A stretch of 64,000 nt of DNA, taken from Coprothermobacterota bacterium (lineage in GTDB: Bacteria; Coprothermobacterota; Coprothermobacteria; Coprothermobacterales; Coprothermobacteraceae). Every line of letters starts with the position of its first letter. The first letter of the stretch is position 1. A program made the translations under genes and the position numbers. The notes below the pieces were generated by a model, which made no database searches, was not told the DNA's origin, and was given only the letters and a program-made list of their open reading frames with translations. The stretch is taken from the NCBI GenBank assembly GCA_036679065.1, contig JAZIGN010000001.1, forward strand, positions 236,559 through 300,558. Reading direction: 5' to 3'. This document shows positions 9,694 to 19,625 of this stretch, piece by piece.

Positions 9694-10512
9694 ATGATGG
9701 GTGGTACAGTACGTTTTAAAAGTTTTCATATCGAATCGCATCTGTGGAAAACTTCGGCTTTTGAGGTTGTAGAGCTTTTTAGACAAACGGCTCGAACTAG
9801 GGGTCTTGAAGAAACAACGTGTCAAGATGCCGATGTCTTAGTAGCAATTGGTGGTGATGGAACATTCCTGCGCACGGCGCAAATGGCTTTCACATTCAAA
9901 AAACCTTTTTGGAGCCTTGGAACCGGGAGGTTGAACTTTCTTCCAAACAATGTTCCTGATATTCACAAAGCCATGGTAGATTTTTTCGAAGGTGACTTAG
10001 AGGTAGAGTATTTACCTGTTTACAGGTGGTTGCTCGGAGAAAAAGATGTGTCTTCTCGATCTAGTTTTTTTATAAACGATTTGGTAGTAGCAAAACCGGG
10101 TTATGACACTACTATAACCCTTAGGGTCCTCGTAGACGGGATGGACATCATATCTGCGGTTGGAGACGGAGTTATTATAAGCACGCCTTTGGGTTCTACT
10201 GCTTATAACCTTTCGGCTGGTGGACCAGTGATGGACAGAGGAGTAAGAGGATTTTGCGTAACACCGCTAAATGCCCACCAAACTAACCTTAGGCCCCTCA
10301 TAGTACCTGAAGAGCGAGAAATCGGCGTGCAAGTCATTGAAGCATACAAAGGGGCTGTAGCGGTGGCTGATGGAAGCACCAGTTGCCAGCTCCCGGTGTC
10401 AAAGATGATCAGAATCTGGAGTTCAGGGGAAGTTGTAAAACATCTTATAAACCGAGATGCTATGACTTTCTACGAGAGAGTCATTAGAAAGTTCGGTTGG
10501 TTAGGTTCATGA
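9694..10512 (+). CDS. nadK: NAD+ kinase
   Basis: GGDGT, 'GRLNFL', 'IND', 'DGVIISTPLGSTAYNLSAGGP'; exact start uncertain. Confidence 0.93.
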   Translation: MMGGTVRFKSFHIESHLWKTSAFEVVELFRQTARTRGLEETTCQDADVLVAIGGDGTFLRTAQMAFTFKKPFWSLGTGRLNFLPNNVPDIHKAMVDFFEGDLEVEYLPVYRWLLGEKDVSSRSSFFINDLVVAKPGYDTTITLRVLVDGMDIISAVGDGVIISTPLGSTAYNLSAGGPVMDRGVRGFCVTPLNAHQTNLRPLIVPEEREIGVQVIEAYKGAVAVADGSTSCQLPVSKMIRIWSSGEVVKHLINRDAMTFYERVIRKFGWLGS

Positions 10513-12110
10513 TTTCAAGTGTAAAATTCAGTGGTTCCGATGTCATTGAAGATGTTTGCCTTCCTTTTTCAGAAGGTTTGAATGTTATAACAGGCGAAAC
10601 GGGTACAGGCAAGACAGTACTCATAAACTTGCTCGGCTATACGCTGGGCTTTCCATTACAGATCCCGTTCTTTCTGAAGAAGGGACAGGTAGAAGTTCAC
10701 TTCTCACAAGGACAAGAAGAGTACGTTGTGAAACTACAGTTGGGTGGTAGTAGGCGAACGTTGGAATTAAACAGCCAGCGGGTTGGCAAGAAACAACTTA
10801 GAACGCTGTTTCAAAACCGTGTTATTTTATCTTCACAATTTGACTCTAAGATATTAGAATCTTCTGAGCAAATTCTTAGTGTGCTTGATTCATTTGCCGG
10901 TTTAGGAGACCTTCATAATACCTACATTTCGGTTTTTGGCAAACTAAGTGAAGTAGACAGCTCTCTGAGACGGTTAACAGAGCAGCTTTCTCAGTCAGCA
11001 AAAGTGAGGGAAAGTCTACAGTCAGAGCTTGAAGAACTAAGAGCCTTCGGTCCCAAAGAGGGGGAGTATGAGGAGCTAAAGAGCTTGCTACTGAAAATCA
11101 GTGAAAAGGAGCACATAACTGAGGCTAGACGGCAAGTAGTTGAAATCCTTCAGGAAGAATCACCGTTTTATGAAGGTTTAAAGAGCTTGCGTGCGGCACT
11201 TTCATCTCTGAGTACGTTCTATGAGGACGCTTCTACTGCTCTAAGACTTGTTGACGAACTTCGCCGCAGCTTAGAAACATTGAAATCGGGGTCGGAGGAG
11301 CTTGAAGTTAATCAGTCTAATGTTGACGAGATCAACGAACGATTGTTCAAGTATGAGAAGTACTTTCGTCGATACGGATTTGGAGAGTCTTCGATTATTG
11401 GCAGAATTCATCAGCTCGAAGCAGAACTTCAGCAAATTGATAGCCTGCCCGACAGATTGGAGGAACTTAGCAAAAGCAGAGAGATGCTAAAAAGCCAGCT
11501 TATTGCCGCTGGCCTAGAGTTAGCTAAAAGACGCAGAAATGCCGTTGAACGGGCTTTAGCAGACATGCAAATGTTCCTTCGTGAGACCAATGTGGAAGGC
11601 GATTTTTCGTGGCAATGGGTACCAACAGAGAACAGCTCGTTGGGCTTGGAAATTCCACAAATTGGCATGGTAAGATCTGGACAGTTTGTTCCTGCTTCTG
11701 CTCTTTCTGGCGGAGAAAAGAATCGACTTTTACTCGCTTTTAGAGTAGTATTTAGTTTCCCCAATTCAGTTCTCATATTTGACGAGCCTGATGCTGGTCT
11801 TGGAGGTGAAACGCTTTCGAGACTAGTAAACCTTCTTAAACGGGTGTCTGAGAATAGGCAGATCATATTAATTACTCACAATCCGCAAGTGGCAGCTGCT
11901 GCCAAGAGTCACTTCTTGGTGGAGAGAATATTAAATGATGATAAAATGCGTGTTAAAATAAACTTGTTACAAGGTCAAAGGAGGATCCACGAAGTAGCAA
12001 AGATGATAGCTGGACAGTACGTTACTGCCACAACGCTGGAATTAGCCAGCGAGCTGGTTAACCGACTCTCAGGAGGTGAACCGTTTGGAGAAGTTTATAC
12101 TGGTGATTAA
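10509..12110 (+). CDS. recN: DNA repair protein RecN
   Basis: 'ITGETGTGKT', long coiled coil, 'LSGGE', 'LIFDEPDAG', 'ITHNPQVAA'. Confidence 0.9.
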   Translation: MISSVKFSGSDVIEDVCLPFSEGLNVITGETGTGKTVLINLLGYTLGFPLQIPFFLKKGQVEVHFSQGQEEYVVKLQLGGSRRTLELNSQRVGKKQLRTLFQNRVILSSQFDSKILESSEQILSVLDSFAGLGDLHNTYISVFGKLSEVDSSLRRLTEQLSQSAKVRESLQSELEELRAFGPKEGEYEELKSLLLKISEKEHITEARRQVVEILQEESPFYEGLKSLRAALSSLSTFYEDASTALRLVDELRRSLETLKSGSEELEVNQSNVDEINERLFKYEKYFRRYGFGESSIIGRIHQLEAELQQIDSLPDRLEELSKSREMLKSQLIAAGLELAKRRRNAVERALADMQMFLRETNVEGDFSWQWVPTENSSLGLEIPQIGMVRSGQFVPASALSGGEKNRLLLAFRVVFSFPNSVLIFDEPDAGLGGETLSRLVNLLKRVSENRQIILITHNPQVAAAAKSHFLVERILNDDKMRVKINLLQGQRRIHEVAKMIAGQYVTATTLELASELVNRLSGGEPFGEVYTGD

Positions 12111-13176
12111 TCCTGGGTCTACTTCTACGAAATTAGCACTGTTTCGAGCTTTGGAGAATGAAGTTGAAGTTGCAGTTGAAGAAAATGTTTCGGTGCCCGT
12201 AGACCTATTGGAGCAGAAGCCTCACTACGTCGATCAAATTGACTTCAGACTACAGCAGGTATTGGAGTTCATTGACAAACACGGTGTTACATCTGACCAA
12301 ATACTTTGCATCGCATCCCGTGGTGGTCCCATAAAACCATTGCCTGCTGGAACCTATAAGATCACCAAAGAAATAGAACGGGACATAATGCAGGAGCGCA
12401 TATTAAGTCCTCACAGCTCACTCATAGGACCTGTTGTGGCTTTTAGGCTTTCTCAGGAGTGGGGTGTCCCGGCTTATTTCACTGATCCAGTATCGGTGGA
12501 CGAATTCATACCTGAGGCTAAGGTCAGTGGATTGCCCGAGATTCCGCGCTACAGTGCGCTTCATGCTCTCAATTTAAGGGCTGTGGCAAGAAAGTACGCT
12601 GAATCCAAAGGAAAATCAATAGACGAACTTACGGCAGTGATAGCCCATTTGGGTGGCGGTTTTAGCATTGCTGCCCTAGAAAAGGGAGAGCTCATCGACT
12701 CAACTAACCCCAATGAAGAGGGCCCTTTTCAGCTAGAAAGGGCAGGTTCTTTGCCAGTCTCGGACTTCGTAAATTACATCTACGAGAATTGGCCTGATCA
12801 AAAGAATCTACGAAGACGTATATCTGGGAAAGGCGGGTTAGTAGCCTATTTTGGCACAAACGATTTTAGAGAAATATTAAAGCTTTCTAAAGAGGATAAA
12901 GACAAAGCTTTGGTGCTTGAGAGCATGTATTACCAGGTTGCAAAGTACATAGCTGCCATGAATGCAGTGCTTCGGAATGAGGCTGAAGTTATCATCCTCA
13001 CCGGAGGTATTGTCTACAATGACGAGGCTGTGGATGGAATAAAGCGGTACAGCAGTTGGCTTAAAAAACCTTATGCCATTTACCCTGGTGGGTACGAGAT
13101 GGAAGCTTTGGCAATCGGTGCGTTTAGAGCCTTTAAGGGTATTGAACCTTTGCGTGTTTATGGGGGTAACGACTAA
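12076..13176 (+). CDS. buk: Butyrate/branched-chain carboxylate kinase, paralog 1
   Basis: 'INPGSTSTK', 'DPVSVDE', 'HALN', 'HLGGG', 'ERAG', 'PGGYEMEAL'. Confidence 0.88.
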   Translation: MNRLEKFILVINPGSTSTKLALFRALENEVEVAVEENVSVPVDLLEQKPHYVDQIDFRLQQVLEFIDKHGVTSDQILCIASRGGPIKPLPAGTYKITKEIERDIMQERILSPHSSLIGPVVAFRLSQEWGVPAYFTDPVSVDEFIPEAKVSGLPEIPRYSALHALNLRAVARKYAESKGKSIDELTAVIAHLGGGFSIAALEKGELIDSTNPNEEGPFQLERAGSLPVSDFVNYIYENWPDQKNLRRRISGKGGLVAYFGTNDFREILKLSKEDKDKALVLESMYYQVAKYIAAMNAVLRNEAEVIILTGGIVYNDEAVDGIKRYSSWLKKPYAIYPGGYEMEALAIGAFRAFKGIEPLRVYGGND

Positions 13177-13177
13177 T

Positions 13178-14071
13178 ATGGCTATAAATAGTTTACAGAG
13201 CTTGCTGGACATGGCAAAGAAAAGTGAAAATCAGAGGGTAGCTGTTGCAGGCTTTGATGAGGAATCAAAGCAAGCCATAGAAAGAGCTGCAAATGAGCTA
13301 GGCTTGGCATTTACGGTGTTTGATTGGCGTTTCCATGGAGAAATAGGACTGCCGTCGCAGGTGGAGTTTGTGAATTGTTCATCTCCTGAGGAAAGTGCGT
13401 TTCAAGCAGCAAAAGCAGTTTCCGATGGACATTGTTCCATAGTTATGAAAGGGTTTGTAAGCACTTCAACCTTTTTAAAGGCCATATTGGATAAGAGTTT
13501 ATCGTTGAGGGGCAAGGGGCTTATGTCTCATTTGGCCCTTTTCGAGGTCCCCACATATCACAAAATCATTGGTGTGACTGATGGTGGCATGATAATAGCT
13601 CCCGATTTAGAGCAGAAGGTTCAAATAATTGAAAATGCTGTGTCGTTTTTTGATGCGATGCATTACGAGCAAATCAAGGTTGCTGTTCTCTGCGCTGAAG
13701 AAAGGCCGAATCCCAACATGCCCTGCACCTTGGATGCTGCAGTTTTGAGAACGATGAGTGAGCGTGGTGAGTTTGGCAAGAACGTACTAGTAGACGGACC
13801 ATTGGCTTTTGACTTGGCTTTTAGCGCTAGAGCTGCTCAAGTAAAAGGTGTGAGCTCACCAGTAGCAGGCGATGCGGACGTGCTGCTTGTTCCTGATATT
13901 GAAGCTGGTAATCTGCTGGGCAAAAGTTTTTCTTTCCTCTGTGGAGGTAAAATGGCGGGGTTGGTGTTAGGTGCAAATTGTCCTGTAATTTTGCCGTCGC
14001 GTTCTGACAGCGACGAGAACAAGTTTTATTCAATCGTGGCAGCTGTTGCCTTCACAGGAGGTGCTCAGTAA
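13178..14071 (+). CDS. ptb: Phosphate butyryltransferase
   Basis: 'MKG', 'TDGGM', 'DGPLAFD', 'GDADVLLVPDIEAGN', 'SRSD'. Confidence 0.9.
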   Translation: MAINSLQSLLDMAKKSENQRVAVAGFDEESKQAIERAANELGLAFTVFDWRFHGEIGLPSQVEFVNCSSPEESAFQAAKAVSDGHCSIVMKGFVSTSTFLKAILDKSLSLRGKGLMSHLALFEVPTYHKIIGVTDGGMIIAPDLEQKVQIIENAVSFFDAMHYEQIKVAVLCAEERPNPNMPCTLDAAVLRTMSERGEFGKNVLVDGPLAFDLAFSARAAQVKGVSSPVAGDADVLLVPDIEAGNLLGKSFSFLCGGKMAGLVLGANCPVILPSRSDSDENKFYSIVAAVAFTGGAQ

Positions 14072-15141
14072 TGGGATTTCAAATATTAACCATAAACCCG
14101 GGTTCTACAAGTACGAAAGTTGCCTGGTTTGATGATGATAAGTTGGTTTGGAAGGATTCAGTGGAGCACGATACTGTAACGCTGTCACAGTTTCCTAGTA
14201 TTGCTGCTCAGTTTGAACTGAGAGCTTCAGAAGTGGAAAAAGCCGTAGAAAAGCACGGCAGTGATTTGAACACCCTCGATGCTGTTGTGGGACGTGGCGG
14301 TTTGCTTCGCCCCATCTCCAGTGGTGTGTATAGTGTGAATGAGACCATGCTTAAAGAGCTTATCGATGCACGCTATGGTGAGCATGCATCAAACTTAGGC
14401 GCTCCCATTGCCCATGCTATAGCATCAAAAGTCGGGTGTCCTGCTTTCATTGTTGACCCGGTAGTAGTTGACGAAATGGATGACATTTCCAAGCTTAGCG
14501 GTTGGCCTGAACTTCCTCGAAAGAGTATTTTTCATGCTCTAAATCAGAAAGCAGTTGCTCGTCGCGTGGCAAGGGATTTTTTCTCAGTACCTTATGAACA
14601 GCTCAATCTCATAGTAGCTCACCTAGGTGGTGGCATTAGCATTGGCGCTCACAAAAAGGGACGCGTTGTGGATGTGAATAACGCTCTTGGTGGAGAAGGA
14701 CCTATGAGCCCTGAAAGAGCAGGGACCCTGCCCATCATGAAACTAGCAGATTATCTGTACGAGCACAAACCTGATAGAAAAGAGTTTTCTAAGAAGCTCG
14801 TTGGTAAAGGTGGATGGGTAGCCCACCTAGGAACAAATAGTGGTAAAGATCTAGAGGAACGTGTGAAAAATGGAGATGAACATGCAATACTTATCCTAAA
14901 AGCCACCGGTTATCAAATTAGTAAGTGGATAGCTCAGATGGCTGTGGCGCTAGCAGGGGAAGTAGACGGAATAATCATAACAGGCGGGCTGGCATATATC
15001 CCTGAGTTAGTTGACTTTATTCAGGAAAGAGTCCTCTGGATCGCTCCTGTTTTTGTTGTGCCTGGAGAGGATGAAATGCTGGCTTTAGCAGAAGGCGCTC
15101 TTAGAGTGCTACGAGGACAGGAGGAAGCGAAGACATACTAG
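14071..15141 (+). CDS. buk: Butyrate/branched-chain carboxylate kinase, paralog 2
   Basis: 'INPGSTSTK', 'GRGGLL', 'HASNLG', 'DPVVVDE', 'HALNQKA', 'PGEDEM'. Confidence 0.93.
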   Translation: MGFQILTINPGSTSTKVAWFDDDKLVWKDSVEHDTVTLSQFPSIAAQFELRASEVEKAVEKHGSDLNTLDAVVGRGGLLRPISSGVYSVNETMLKELIDARYGEHASNLGAPIAHAIASKVGCPAFIVDPVVVDEMDDISKLSGWPELPRKSIFHALNQKAVARRVARDFFSVPYEQLNLIVAHLGGGISIGAHKKGRVVDVNNALGGEGPMSPERAGTLPIMKLADYLYEHKPDRKEFSKKLVGKGGWVAHLGTNSGKDLEERVKNGDEHAILILKATGYQISKWIAQMAVALAGEVDGIIITGGLAYIPELVDFIQERVLWIAPVFVVPGEDEMLALAEGALRVLRGQEEAKTY

Positions 15142-15142
15142 C

Positions 15143-15775
15143 ATGATTGCTCAATTAAGCACGTTTTTCGATGAGGAGAGTTTGATTGCGCTAACAGGAC
15201 CTCGTGGTTCAGGTAAGACAGAAATTGCAATTAACTTGATGGCGAATTTCGACAATGTTCAGGTTTACGACGCTGACATGTACAAACCTTTGATGAGAGC
15301 TCGAGATGTCGCAATGGGCGACCGAAGGGAGGGAAGTATAAACCCTCAGTGGAAATACATGGATACACCTGTTATTGAATATACTCCTGAAGTATGGTTG
15401 AAACAAGGGCTTAAAGTAGTTTTGGACATGGGTGGTGGCGAACTTGGACTGGTTCCCTTAACCACCATAAAGAACTTGCTGCGGGATAGGAACATATTGT
15501 TTTATGTAGTGGTTAACCCTTATAGGCCGCAAGCAGATTTTTTGGTAAGACGCGTTCTGTCCATGCTTCCTGAACCACCGAATTTTATTCTGAATCCACA
15601 TCTATTGGATGAAACGGATGCGGATGTGGTTCTCCATGGTTTGGAACTTTATAAGGAAATGCACTTGCCTGAGCCAAGCATTTTGGTACTGTTGGAACAA
15701 GTGGCTAAAGAGGTCGAGAAGGTGGTAGATTTACCACTTTTCCCAATAAGAAGATATTTGCAAATGGAGGTGTAA
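15143..15775 (+). CDS. Uncharacterised P-loop ATP-binding protein
   Basis: Walker A 'GPRGSGKTE', 'DADMYKP..R', 'LDMGG', 'VVNPYRP'. Confidence 0.7.
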   Translation: MIAQLSTFFDEESLIALTGPRGSGKTEIAINLMANFDNVQVYDADMYKPLMRARDVAMGDRREGSINPQWKYMDTPVIEYTPEVWLKQGLKVVLDMGGGELGLVPLTTIKNLLRDRNILFYVVVNPYRPQADFLVRRVLSMLPEPPNFILNPHLLDETDADVVLHGLELYKEMHLPEPSILVLLEQVAKEVEKVVDLPLFPIRRYLQMEV

Positions 15776-15779
15776 GAGC

Positions 15780-16013
15780 ATGAGTGAACAGGCTCTAAAA
15801 GTTGTCATCGATGAAGAGCTATGCAAGCAATGCGAGCTCTGTGTCGCAATTTGTCCCATGCATGTGCTGAGGATTTCTAGCAAAATAAACAGCAAAGGTT
15901 TCCACCCTGCAGAGCTTTTTGACAATGACAAATGCATAAGCTGTGGATTTTGTGCTATGACATGCCCTGAAAGGGCTATCGCTGTTTACAAGCCGGAGGT
16001 GGAAAAAGCATGA
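15780..16013 (+). CDS. 2[4Fe-4S] ferredoxin, 2-oxoacid oxidoreductase delta subunit
   Basis: Two CxxCxxCxxxCP motifs. Confidence 0.93.
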   Translation: MSEQALKVVIDEELCKQCELCVAICPMHVLRISSKINSKGFHPAELFDNDKCISCGFCAMTCPERAIAVYKPEVEKA

Positions 16014-17065
16014 GTGAACGCATATTGATGAAGGGTAATGAGGCTGTTGGCGAAGCAGCAGTGAGAGCCGGTTGTAGATTGTATTTCGGGTACCCCATAA
16101 CACCTGCTAGTGAAATTGCAGAGTACATGGCATACCGCTTACCACAGGTGGGAGGAATATTCATCCAAGCCGAGTCTGAGCTCGCTGCGTCGAACATGGT
16201 CTATGGTGCGGCAGCAGCGGGAAAGTATGCCATGACGGCCTCAAGTAGTCCTGGTATATCCCTTATGCAAGAAGCACTTTCTTATATGGCAGGAGCGGAA
16301 GTTCCAGGTTTATTTGTGGATGCTGTACGCGGCGGTCCAGGACTGGGTGATATTCAGGCTGCTCAGAGCGATTATTTCCAATTGACCAAAGGCGGTGGCC
16401 ATGGCGACTATCATTTAATTGTGTTCGCACCATACACCATACAAGAGGTCATAAACATTATGCCCGTCGCATTTGAGACGGCTTTTAAGTATAGAAACCC
16501 TGTTGTGATTGCCATAGATGGTCTAATCGGCCAAATGATGGAAGCCGTGGAATTTCCATACTTTGTTAACCCAGATGAGATCGCGCTGCCAGATTGGGCA
16601 CTGAGCGGTAAATTCCGTCATGGAAATAAGAAGAACGTAAATACTTCGCTGGAATTGGATCCAGAAAAACTTGAAGCCATTAACTGGCGTTTGCAAGCAA
16701 AATATCGTGAAATAGAAGAAAAAGAATCGAGATACGATTATGTAGGTGTGGACAATCCTGAGACACTGGTGGTTGCATATGGTACAGTAGCCAGGGTCAC
16801 TATGTCGGCGCTTAAGAAGATGCTTGGGGAAGGTAAGAGTATAGGGCTATTTAGGCCAATAACCATATGGCCGTTCCCAGGTAAGGCGTTAGCTCAAAAG
16901 GCTGCCAATGCAAAACGTATTGTGGCACTGGAAATGTCTGCTGGCCAAATGATTGAGGATGTGAAGTTAAGCGTGTTCGATCCCAATAAGGAATATGAGT
17001 TCCATGGACATCCAGGCGGAACAACATTTACGCCTTCCGAAATAGAGCAAATACTAAGAGGGTGA
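16010..17065 (+). CDS. 2-oxoacid:ferredoxin oxidoreductase alpha subunit (VorB/2-ketoisovalerate type)
   Basis: 'MKGNEA', 'GYPITP', 'QAESE', 'SSSPG', 'RGGPGLG', 'GGGHGD'. Confidence 0.92.
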   Translation: MSERILMKGNEAVGEAAVRAGCRLYFGYPITPASEIAEYMAYRLPQVGGIFIQAESELAASNMVYGAAAAGKYAMTASSSPGISLMQEALSYMAGAEVPGLFVDAVRGGPGLGDIQAAQSDYFQLTKGGGHGDYHLIVFAPYTIQEVINIMPVAFETAFKYRNPVVIAIDGLIGQMMEAVEFPYFVNPDEIALPDWALSGKFRHGNKKNVNTSLELDPEKLEAINWRLQAKYREIEEKESRYDYVGVDNPETLVVAYGTVARVTMSALKKMLGEGKSIGLFRPITIWPFPGKALAQKAANAKRIVALEMSAGQMIEDVKLSVFDPNKEYEFHGHPGGTTFTPSEIEQILRG

Positions 17066-17070
17066 TGTGC

Positions 17071-17823
17071 ATGAAGATAGTTTATGAGAGACCAAAAACA
17101 TTGGAAAAGGTGGTGAACCACTATTGCCCTGGTTGTCACCATGGCATATTGCACGCTCTCATCGCTGAAGTCTTGGATGAAATGAATCTGGCTGACAAGA
17201 CTGTTGGCGTGGCCCCGGTAGGATGCGCTGTCATGGCATACAACTACCTAGACATTGACTGGATAGAGGCACCGCATGGACGCGCAGTAGCCATAGCTAC
17301 GGGTATAAAACTAGCTCATCCAGACATTTTGGTGTTTACCTATCAAGGAGACGGTGATGCGGCATCGATTGGCCTAGCTGAGACGCTTTATGGCGCCATT
17401 AGAGGAATAAATGTGACCACTTTCATGTACAACAACGCAATTTACGGCATGACAGGCGGACAGATGGCTCCTACCACACTCATAGGCATGAAAACTACTA
17501 CATCTCCCTATGGAAGAGATCCTAGACGCGAAGGTTATCCAGTGAAAATGGCAGAAACTATTGCTTTGCAAGATGGTACGGCTTTTTCAGTCCGGAGTGC
17601 GCTTTTTAATCCGAAAGCTATCACTGAAACTAAAAACCACATTAGGCACGCTTTTGAGCTTCAAATGAATGGTGAAGGATTTACATTCCTTGAAGTAGTT
17701 GGCACTTGCCCAACTAACTGGGGAATGACTCCTGTAGAAGCCAGCGAATTTGCAAAGAATGAAATGGTAAAGACATATCCGCTTGGGATTAAGAAAGATG
17801 TAAAAAGGAGTGAGACAAGATGA
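17071..17823 (+). CDS. 2-oxoacid:ferredoxin oxidoreductase beta (TPP-binding) subunit
   Basis: 'YCPGCHHG', 'VGC', 'QGDGD', 'NNAIYGMTGGQMAPTT', 'CPTNW'. Confidence 0.93.
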   Translation: MKIVYERPKTLEKVVNHYCPGCHHGILHALIAEVLDEMNLADKTVGVAPVGCAVMAYNYLDIDWIEAPHGRAVAIATGIKLAHPDILVFTYQGDGDAASIGLAETLYGAIRGINVTTFMYNNAIYGMTGGQMAPTTLIGMKTTTSPYGRDPRREGYPVKMAETIALQDGTAFSVRSALFNPKAITETKNHIRHAFELQMNGEGFTFLEVVGTCPTNWGMTPVEASEFAKNEMVKTYPLGIKKDVKRSETR

Positions 17824-18368
17824 CGCGCAACATAGTCGCAGCTGGTTTTGGGGGGCAAGGCGTCATGCTGCTAGGGCAGATCTTGGCACTAGCAGCAACT
17901 CAGAAGCAGCTAAACGCCACCTGGTTACCTTCATATGGTCCTGAGCAGCGTGGGGGAACAGCAAACTGTACGGTTGTGGTTTCTGACGAAGAAATTGGAT
18001 CTCCTGTGGTGGATAAACCCATGTATGTGGTCATTATGAACAACCCGTCCATGGAAAAGTTTGAAAAGATGGTGGAACCAAATGGTACTGTTATTTTGAA
18101 CAGCACTCTTATAACATTGGAGCCCAAGCGTACTGATGTAAATTACCTTAAAGTTCCAGCCAATGAATTGGCAGAGCAGGCTGGTTCACAGAGAAGTGCA
18201 AACATGGTCATGCTCGGAGTCATTGGTTGGCTCTGGAAAGATATTTTCACATTGGAAGAGTTGGAGCAGGCTATGGTCGAAAAAGTTGGCGACAAGCGTC
18301 CACAGCTGGTTGAAACCAATAAAAAGGCAATAGAACTTGGATATGAATTCGCCAAAAACCTTGTTTAA
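17820..18368 (+). CDS. 2-oxoacid:ferredoxin oxidoreductase gamma subunit
   Basis: 'AGFGGQG', 'PSYGPEQRGG', 'ANMVMLG'. Confidence 0.93.
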   Translation: MTRNIVAAGFGGQGVMLLGQILALAATQKQLNATWLPSYGPEQRGGTANCTVVVSDEEIGSPVVDKPMYVVIMNNPSMEKFEKMVEPNGTVILNSTLITLEPKRTDVNYLKVPANELAEQAGSQRSANMVMLGVIGWLWKDIFTLEELEQAMVEKVGDKRPQLVETNKKAIELGYEFAKNLV

Positions 18369-18846
18369 GGGAAAATTCCTTGAGCTTGAACTGATACAGG
18401 AGAAATATGAAGTTGTAAGGCGCCCAGCAGCTGTGGGCGCCTTGGTTTATTGGTGTAGCCAGGAAAAAATAGTTGTGGTAAAACACAAGCGGCCCGCTGT
18501 AAACGACTGGGTGTGGGAAATAGTGGCTGGCATTGTTGAACCTGGTGAAAGTTTGATAAATGCTGTAGAAAGAGAAGTTATGGAGGAAGTCGGGCTTACT
18601 GTTAAAAGTGTTGTGGGCCTTGGATCTTTCTATCCTACTCCTGGTTACAGTGATGAAGTTATCCATCTCTTTTACGTAGAGGCTGACAACAGCAAACTTA
18701 ATAGGAACGACACTGATGAAGATTTAGAGCCTTTTGCGCTTAAAATTGAAGATGTATGGAAGCTGGAGCACAAGGACATGAAAACATTACTCTCACTTTA
18801 CTTGAGCAAAGCAAAAGGCTTGTTGAAGAATATGAACAATGGCTAG
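18343..18846 (+). CDS. NUDIX hydrolase (ADP-ribose pyrophosphatase-like)
   Basis: Nudix box 'GIVEPGESLINAVEREVMEEVG', 'YPTPGYSDE'. Confidence 0.88.
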   Translation: MNSPKTLFKGKFLELELIQEKYEVVRRPAAVGALVYWCSQEKIVVVKHKRPAVNDWVWEIVAGIVEPGESLINAVEREVMEEVGLTVKSVVGLGSFYPTPGYSDEVIHLFYVEADNSKLNRNDTDEDLEPFALKIEDVWKLEHKDMKTLLSLYLSKAKGLLKNMNNG

Positions 18847-19625
18847 TCCTAAGAAAACAAGCTTCACCTAGGACTGTACGTTCTTACCTAAAGGATGTTG
18901 ACGATTTCTTAGCTTTTGTGGAACAGGAGCGTTCCACCGACATTGAGTTGTTTAAACAGTTCCTTCACGATAAGGGACTTTCTCCTTCAACAGTAGCAAG
19001 AAAACTTTCAGCTGTTTCTTCTTTTTCTGCTTTCCTTAGAAGACAGGGTATAGCACTTGAATTTGAAAGGCCAAAGGTAAAAATACCTCAAAAGCTCATG
19101 CAAGTGCCTAACTGGAATGATCTTGACCAGCTTGTAGACCAAGTACAAGATCACGAGGTAAGATTGGCGCTAAGAATGATGCTCCATTGTGGTTTACGAG
19201 CTTCTGAAGTACTTGAACTTCGATGGTCAGACATAGGCGACGATTATATGCTGGTTAGAGGGAAGGGTGGAAAACAGCGCATGCTACCCGTATCTGAAGC
19301 CATCAGAACAGATATTGAGTCAATCAAGAGAAAGGGTTCTTATGTGTTTTGCGACAAAAAAGGAAAGAAAAGGTCTAGAGTCTGGTTGTGGCGAAAGACC
19401 CGAGCTTTTCTAGGTACACATCCTCACATTCTCAGACACGCTTTTGCCACTGAACTTACTAATTATGCTGACATCAGGGTTGTACAAGAATCTCTCGGAC
19501 ACAGTGATATAACAACAACCCAACGTTACACCCATGTTTACCGCGAAGCTCTCAAGGAGCTCGTGGAAGGAAAGAGTTTATTAGGAGGCGAAACCATAGA
19601 TGACGATGAAAGAGAAGGTATTTAA
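18756..19625 (+). CDS. xerD: Tyrosine recombinase XerD-like (start uncertain)
   Basis: R ('GLRASE'), K ('GKGGKQR'), HxLRH, 'LGHS', Y ('TTQRY'); nudF-xerD-deoB synteny. Confidence 0.8.
   Translation: MEAGAQGHENITLTLLEQSKRLVEEYEQWLVLRKQASPRTVRSYLKDVDDFLAFVEQERSTDIELFKQFLHDKGLSPSTVARKLSAVSSFSAFLRRQGIALEFERPKVKIPQKLMQVPNWNDLDQLVDQVQDHEVRLALRMMLHCGLRASEVLELRWSDIGDDYMLVRGKGGKQRMLPVSEAIRTDIESIKRKGSYVFCDKKGKKRSRVWLWRKTRAFLGTHPHILRHAFATELTNYADIRVVQESLGHSDITTTQRYTHVYREALKELVEGKSLLGGETIDDDEREGI

Noticed and set aside
18756..19625. Tyrosine recombinase as island integrase or array recombinase
   Set aside because: It lies in the housekeeping nudF-xerD-deoB-punA-pdp context, far from the island, with no att sites seen
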